64,000 nt of DNA, taken from NCBI GenBank assembly GCA_030141605.1, contig JAQGDQ010001007.1, positions 1-64,000 of the forward strand. Direction: 5' to 3'. Made by a program: the position numbers and the translations under genes. Source of the stretch: Tubiluchus corallicola (taxonomy: Eukaryota > Animalia > Priapulida). The notes under the pieces were generated by a model. It saw nothing but the letters and a program-made list of their open reading frames with translations, made no database searches and was not told the origin of the DNA. Below are positions 57,901-64,000 of the stretch, in pieces; position 1 is the stretch's first letter, and each line of letters opens with the position of its first letter.

Positions 57901-59874
57901 GCTGCCATAAGCACTGGTATGTTACTGGATCGATTACATGGCTCCAGCTTATATAGGCATCCCGCAATGCTGCTGACCAATGGCTAGTCAATGCTGATGA
58001 CGGATGACGTTACAGTGATTGATAGATAACGGTCACTGTGGGCAGTTGGCGTCATGACTGCCAGTTAACGGTAACTGTAATGCAAGCAGCCAATCAGTGT
58101 TAAGTTAACTGTTGTCAAATAAGTGTTCTAAGAATAGTTGCTGACCATTGACTAGCAAGTCAGCAGAAGACAATATTAAGAATAGAATTGATGTTAGATG
58201 TAAAAATAGAGTTTCTAATAATAGCACAGAAAAGCGTGTATAAGCAGTGTCAGAACGCTGTAGAGATACTCATCATTCGGTTTTATGACTTGTGCTTTAC
58301 TCATGTGTATTTGCTCTCGCTTTAGTTGTCACTCCTTTATGTTAATATTATGAATGTTTTGTACTTCAATAAACTATACGATTACACTTTCTCTACGAGT
58401 TCACCGTTTCTACACTTTAAGGTAAAGATTACAAAAGATCACAATAACGGAACAGAGAATTGAACGTTATTATTAGACCATAACTACTCTGGGTGACAAT
58501 AAAGGTGTTTTAATATGCTAATTTCACGCAAAGGAGTGCTGTACTGAAGAGAAAACCTCGGTAAATCGCGCAGTGGGCATAACTACAGGCAAAAGGTTGT
58601 TCTAATAAGGAGATAACCGTGTACAAGCTGCATAATATTGGTAGTCAAAATATGGTAATGATATGTTAGTCAAATTTGTTATTTGAATGCGGCTTAGTTG
58701 GCTCAGACAAAAGGAAAGCTTTAGTATATAAAATACCAATATTCGATATAAATCAAATTATTTGCTTTCATGATGCGGAAGTTTTTAAACTATTATTAAC
58801 TTATTAAAATATGAATTTTTAGTTAGTCTTACGTAAAATATTGCACATTAATTACATAGGCTTAACTCTCAAGCTGTCTAGAAAATCCAATAATCATCCA
58901 TTTGCGCGTACATTATAATTTTATTTTTTCAATGTGGTATACTGCGACATGTCCTGTAAGCGTGACAGTTTCTAAAATTCATTTATTGAAAACTGCAGGG
59001 CCTAAATCGTTGTATACATATGACATTGTGAATTTAATTTATTCGTGTATAGATAGCTGCCGTTTGAAAGTAGTAATGGCTAACTAACTTTATCCTACAA
59101 ATAGAGGGCTGCGCCTACATACATTACATTATAATCTGCATTTGATATCTAAATAAATAAACTGTCGATGCACTTAAACCATAAAATTCAAGTTGTAGTT
59201 ATACTTTAAATTTCTCTTCAAAGTATATAACATTACAGTGTTATACTCTTGGCAACACTGCTGTGTTGACTAAGGGCTGAAAGCGTTTTGGTGATTACTG
59301 CTTGACAACACATTACGTAACTCATTGTTAAAAAAACTGGTAGAAGTAACCAAATCAACACAAGATTTATGAAGCAAACATGCGAGAGACAAAACTGACA
59401 GCCAGAAACCCAGTAACTATGAGCCATATACTAAAGGTAAATATTTTAAATATAGAAGTAACAGGTAGATACAACCGGATCAGTAGATGGCAATCACGAT
59501 CATGATTCATTATATACTGCTCCTACTTGGTAAGTATTGTTGTTTAAGACGTATACACACGAAATGGAATAGGTTATGCGAACGACAGTAAATGTGAATC
59601 ATGTGGCGACGGAATCCGGAAAAACAACCTGTGAGGTAAGACAGCCACGAAACGAATGAGATAAACATGGAGAAGACGAAAATGTAGTGAACTGGACAGG
59701 GTAGGAAGTGACATTGCATCCATGGATACCAGATTTGCCATTTGTGTTTGTAATGGCCGCAAGTGTTGCAACAAAATTGGGAACCTAAATCCAGTAAATT
59801 GGGAATAGAATTTAGTAATGGCCGCGAGGAAATGCGACTTATACTTAGTAATAACTTAGCAGGAACAGACTTAC

Positions 59875-59989
59875 TTTCAACGTTTGTTAACATCATCTCT
59901 TGTGTTGTCGTTCCACACACCCATTCTTTGCAGCATGCGCCCTCTACACTCACCAGTCGAAGATTCCCACAACTGCTACTTGATGGCTT
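59875..59989 (-). CDS. Isolated exon encoding the C-terminal half of a VWC domain (CCN-like)
   Basis: ttatatttcag|AAG..GAAA|gtaagt; only one frame open: KPSSSSCGNLRLVSVEGACCKEWVCGTT. Confidence 0.5.
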
Positions 59990-60639
59990 CTGAAATATAA
60001 TTAACAGATTGAGCTGTTCAGTTCCCATCTCTATAAAGCTTAGCAAATTTAATTTTGCTAATAATCCATCGCTTTTGCGAGTTATTCTTGTTATTCTTAA
60101 TTAAGTGCCACGTACCTTTTCAGCAAATTTGCTCCCTATAATAGCCAAATGACAATTTTAGTAGTTAATTTCTTCTTGTTAACCACAAAGAGCTGGGGCG
60201 AAAATATGCAAACTGGACCAGACTGCGCTAATTTAAAACTGCATGGCTCGTCCAGTCCATTCCAGTCCAGTCACCTTCAACACTTCGTGAAAGACCGCAC
60301 AACATTGCGAATGCTGAGGTGGTGGTGCTCTCAGGCTACAGATGCTGACAAGTTGACAAACACCGAGCCTGAGTATGTGGGCACCGAGAAACGTCCAGTA
60401 CGTAGCACCACTTTTTAAGATTACTTCGTGCCCTTCGTTATAATGTATTTATTAACGGCTCGGACAAGTCTACAATATATTAAGCCTCACACTTAACTTA
60501 AACAGTTATATTAATTTATTCCAAAATAAAAATAAGTCATTTTAAAATACCTACTTAAATAGAGTCTGTATAATGTGTACGATAAACTCAATACACATTT
60601 GCAGTACATAGTAATAATTTATCGTTTATACTTCATTAG

Positions 60640-62900
60640 CACTTTTTGATGTCCAAACTGCACCTTTTCACATAGCTTACGCCTTCGACGATGCAGATGA
60701 CATCTATTGGGTGCATGAATGTGTACTTAACGGATATTATAAATGAACACGCGCCTAAAAAGTCATAAACCTATAAAGAAAACCCCTTATATAAATTCGG
60801 AATTAATATATTATAAGAAAAAGATGGATTTTAATAAATTTAAAAAACGTAAAAATGCTTATAACACGGATGATTACTGCAAGCAGCGAAACTATTTTAC
60901 TAAACTAAGAAAGAAATCCATAAAACAATACTTCTCTGATCGATGTGATAGTGGACAAACCTCAAAAGATTTCTGGCCCACTATCAAGCCTTTTTGTCAA
61001 CCAAATCAAAGCTCAGTGACGATTTTATCACTTTGCAAGAAAATGTCATCATTGTTACTGAGCAAAATAAGGTCTGCAACATTCTAAACGATTATTTCCT
61101 AAATGTTACTAAATCGCTTGAAAATGGTCTAGATATTGAATGGTCTTGCTCAAATATTCCCAGTGTAAATGCGAATTTTAACTTTAGTAGCCTTGTTAGT
61201 GAAAAAGAAATATCGCTAATTATTAGATCTTGATCAAAAAGAAAAGGGACTGGAGTTGATGGTATACCAACTAAGTTATTAAAAGTAACTGATCAAGCCT
61301 TGGCAAACCCATTCGCTAATTTGGTAAACTCAATGCTCACAAAGAGTTACATTCCTAACAAGCACAAGCAGGCGAGACTAAAACCACTGCATAAGAAAAA
61401 TTGTCCTCTCGACAAAAATAATTACAGGCCTGTCAGCACTTTGCCAGCTATTTCGAAAGTTTTTGAGCGAGTATTAAATGACCAATTAGCATAATATTTC
61501 AATGACATTTTTCACGCCTTTTTTTGGTGCTTTCAGAAAAAACACAACTATCAAACAAAACTGTCAAACTTAGTTGAATTTTGTAAAAAGGCTTTAGATG
61601 AATAGAAATTTTGTGCTTCAGTACTAATGGACTGAACAAAAGCTTTTGACTGTGTACCATGCTCATTACTGTTACATAAATTGAAAATTTATGGAGTCTC
61701 ACATAAAGCTCTTAGCTTAATTGGTAGTTACTTGTGTGACCGATCTCAGTGTGTTAAACTAAGTTCAGTCTCTAGTGAATGGGGACATACAAACAAAGGT
61801 GTCCCACAGGGATCTATATCGAGTTTTTATTATTTAATGTCTTTGTGCTGATGATAACACATTGTCTTGTATATCCGAAAATTTCGTACATTGTATATTG
61901 AAAACCTTGTACACAATTTTAGTGAAAACTGTTCAAGATTATTAAATTGGTTCACTTGCAATGATATTGAAGCAAATCCCAGTAAATTCCAGGCAATTGG
62001 TTTTGGTGTAAAGACACTTTATAAACTGAAGTCATTAAGTGTTCAAAATATGAAAATTGACTCTACAGATTCAGTCAAAATTCTAGGTGTTAACATTCAT
62101 TTTAATTACAGTTTTAATAAACACATTTCAAACTTTTGCAGGTTTTTTTAAAACGACTGTCAACTTTACTAAATGTAAACTGTAAAATGGCTACTTTCCA
62201 CGCTGTCATATCTTCTAATTTCAACTATTGTCCATTTATTTGGCATTTTTGCGGGATAGCGAAAACACAAAAATTGGAAAAATTACAAGAACGTGCCTCA
62301 CGTTTTGTCTTTAATGATTACTTTAGTGATTATGACACACTGCTGAAAAAAAGCTAACATTAGAGGTGTTTAAAATTCTACATAAACTCTGTCCAGAAAT
62401 CTTATATACCGTGGTTAATCTGAGAGAAGATGACATTTTAAATGTTCCCAGAGTACGCAGAGTACGCATGGAAAAAAGTTTACGATATTCAGCTTCTAAA
62501 ATTTGGAATGAATTGCCAAATAATTTGCGCATAGTCACTAGCTATAGTGATTTCTTGTGGCAAACTAACAAGTGGAGCGGTGACATATGTAGATGCTCAG
62601 CTTGCGCTACCTAATTTGTGTTAATTATTTTTAAGTACTCTGTATCTTCATTTTTTAGTGAATTACTTTTAGTGTTTTCTGATCATTTTCTCTCAGTATA
62701 ATCTTTTCATATTTTCAGAATTAAGTGATGCTCACCTTTTTAAATATTTCTATTATTCATTTTTCGAGACGGTCTTGTTTTTATCCTTGCTTGTATGATT
62801 TTATTTTTGTATTTTGCTTTTTCAGCACCCTATTTTGTTTTTTCATCTTTTGATTTTATTTCCAATATGAGTAACATTGTGCGTCAGTTTTTAATAAAAT
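60640..62900 (+). mobile_element. 5'-truncated, decayed CR1/L2-group LINE retrotransposon (RT pseudogene + T-rich 3' UTR)
   Basis: Fragments APFH..DDIYW, KDFWPTIKPF, GVDGIP, NYRPVSTLPAISKVFE, KAFDCV, GVPQGS, ADD, ANPSKFQ, FNYCPFIWHFCG, LEKLQERA, WNELP, WSGDICRCSAC*; many stops and frameshifts. Confidence 0.92.
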
Positions 62901-64000
62901 TTTAGCATAGTGCGTTTTAGCCGGTATCAATAGCTTATTTGGCTAATGTTCTTCCAATGTACACCCGACTTTTACAGCAGGGTAAAGTGAGGGTAAAATG
63001 TTTGTGAGGTATAGCAATTTTTCAAAATCCATCAATAAAGAAGTTTTCCATTTCAAAGATGCTTGCACGTGTTGACAGACATAATCGAGTGTTTTCTGTT
63101 GATTATCGTGGGTTAAAACGATGTTGCACTAAAGCAGCACCCCAGAGATTTGCATGTGTTTTTCCGCCAATAACACTGAAACTCCATTCATTTTAAAACA
63201 CGCCAATATAATGGTTTTCAAAAATGGTTTTTACGCGTGCTTAAGGAATTAGTCGCGATTCATGTGTATCACTCGTAAATGTGAACCACAAAGTGCACTT
63301 AAACTCTGCACACGTAAGCGATTTAGCTATAATTCACGTACCGCACTTGCGAGCAAAGTTATGAACGCAAGTTTCGTGCATTTAAGTTCCGCATGCGTAA
63401 GCAATTTATATCTAACTGTACGTAAGTTACGCGTACTTACGGATGTAAGTGCGATTAACGAAACTCAAAACTGTCGTAGAAATGCGCGTAAAGTTACGAG
63501 CCGTAGGATGGTCCGGAGTACTCGTAGTTTGTTTTAGCGACGCAGTTTCATGTTATAACAGTGAAGATAACCTTCTTCCAGTCACATTTGGTTCTTTCCT
63601 GACTAATATTTTGCATATCGCTTCAACAATATGCATCATAATGCTTACCAGGGAAAACTTCCGTCTGTGGCCTTCTCTGAGGCTATTGAACGTAATAGGA
63701 TAAAAGTTAAATCTATTTGTACCGTGTTTGAGGTCCTCAAAGGTGTAGCGTTAAAAAATTAACTCCTAACTCATTTAATTATTGAGGCCCTCAAAATTTA
63801 AGCACAGCAAACTTCATTTTTATTCTACATAGTATTCAAATAGATTTGAAGTGCAAAATTTAGCTATTACGGTATGTAGCCTGTCGTGTTTTTCTTTTCT
63901 TAGTAAACAGGTCGTTTTTGGTGAAAATCCATCAGGGAAATAAAATTTCTTTGCCATTCCCTATTCTGTTAACACTGAGATCTCCCTTTGTGTACAAATT

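Noticed and set aside
57864-58450. Possible solo LTR (TGTTA start, TATAA, AATAAA)
   Set aside because: No clear CA end or TSD; cannot be supported without a search
63230-63800. Short palindromes and ORFs 63262, 63449
   Set aside because: Probably a decayed MITE; termini undefined and peptides show no recognisable motif

Overview
AT-rich genomic DNA from an invertebrate animal (spliceosomal GT-AG introns throughout; no prokaryotic features). It holds: (1) the large homeobox exon of an NK2.2/vnd gene on the - strand, whose upstream (TN-domain) exon I could not find; (2) a 5'-truncated gene of about 33 kb and 34 exons on the + strand encoding an SCO-spondin-like extracellular protein: two long Pro/Gln/Tyr/Thr tandem-repeat exons around three divergent discoidin/FA58C-like domains, then LDLa, 12 TSP1, 5 TIL, VWC-type modules, a C-terminal cystine knot and a probable RKKR-containing tail; (3) a complete 3-exon Ly6/uPAR (quiver/sleepless-like) GPI-type gene on the - strand; (4) an orphan VWC-like exon; (5) a decayed CR1/L2-type LINE, an RTE-type fragment, several MITEs (pogo-like, hAT-like, fold-back), SINE fragments, a 61-bp satellite and microsatellites. 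NK2.2 and the SCO-spondin-like gene meet at a noisy fold-back junction (~7352-7753) that looks like an assembly join or inversion breakpoint, so their apparent head-to-head linkage must be verified. Exons were inferred by eye from splice signals and reading-frame phase; family assignments are by motif recognition, not database search.
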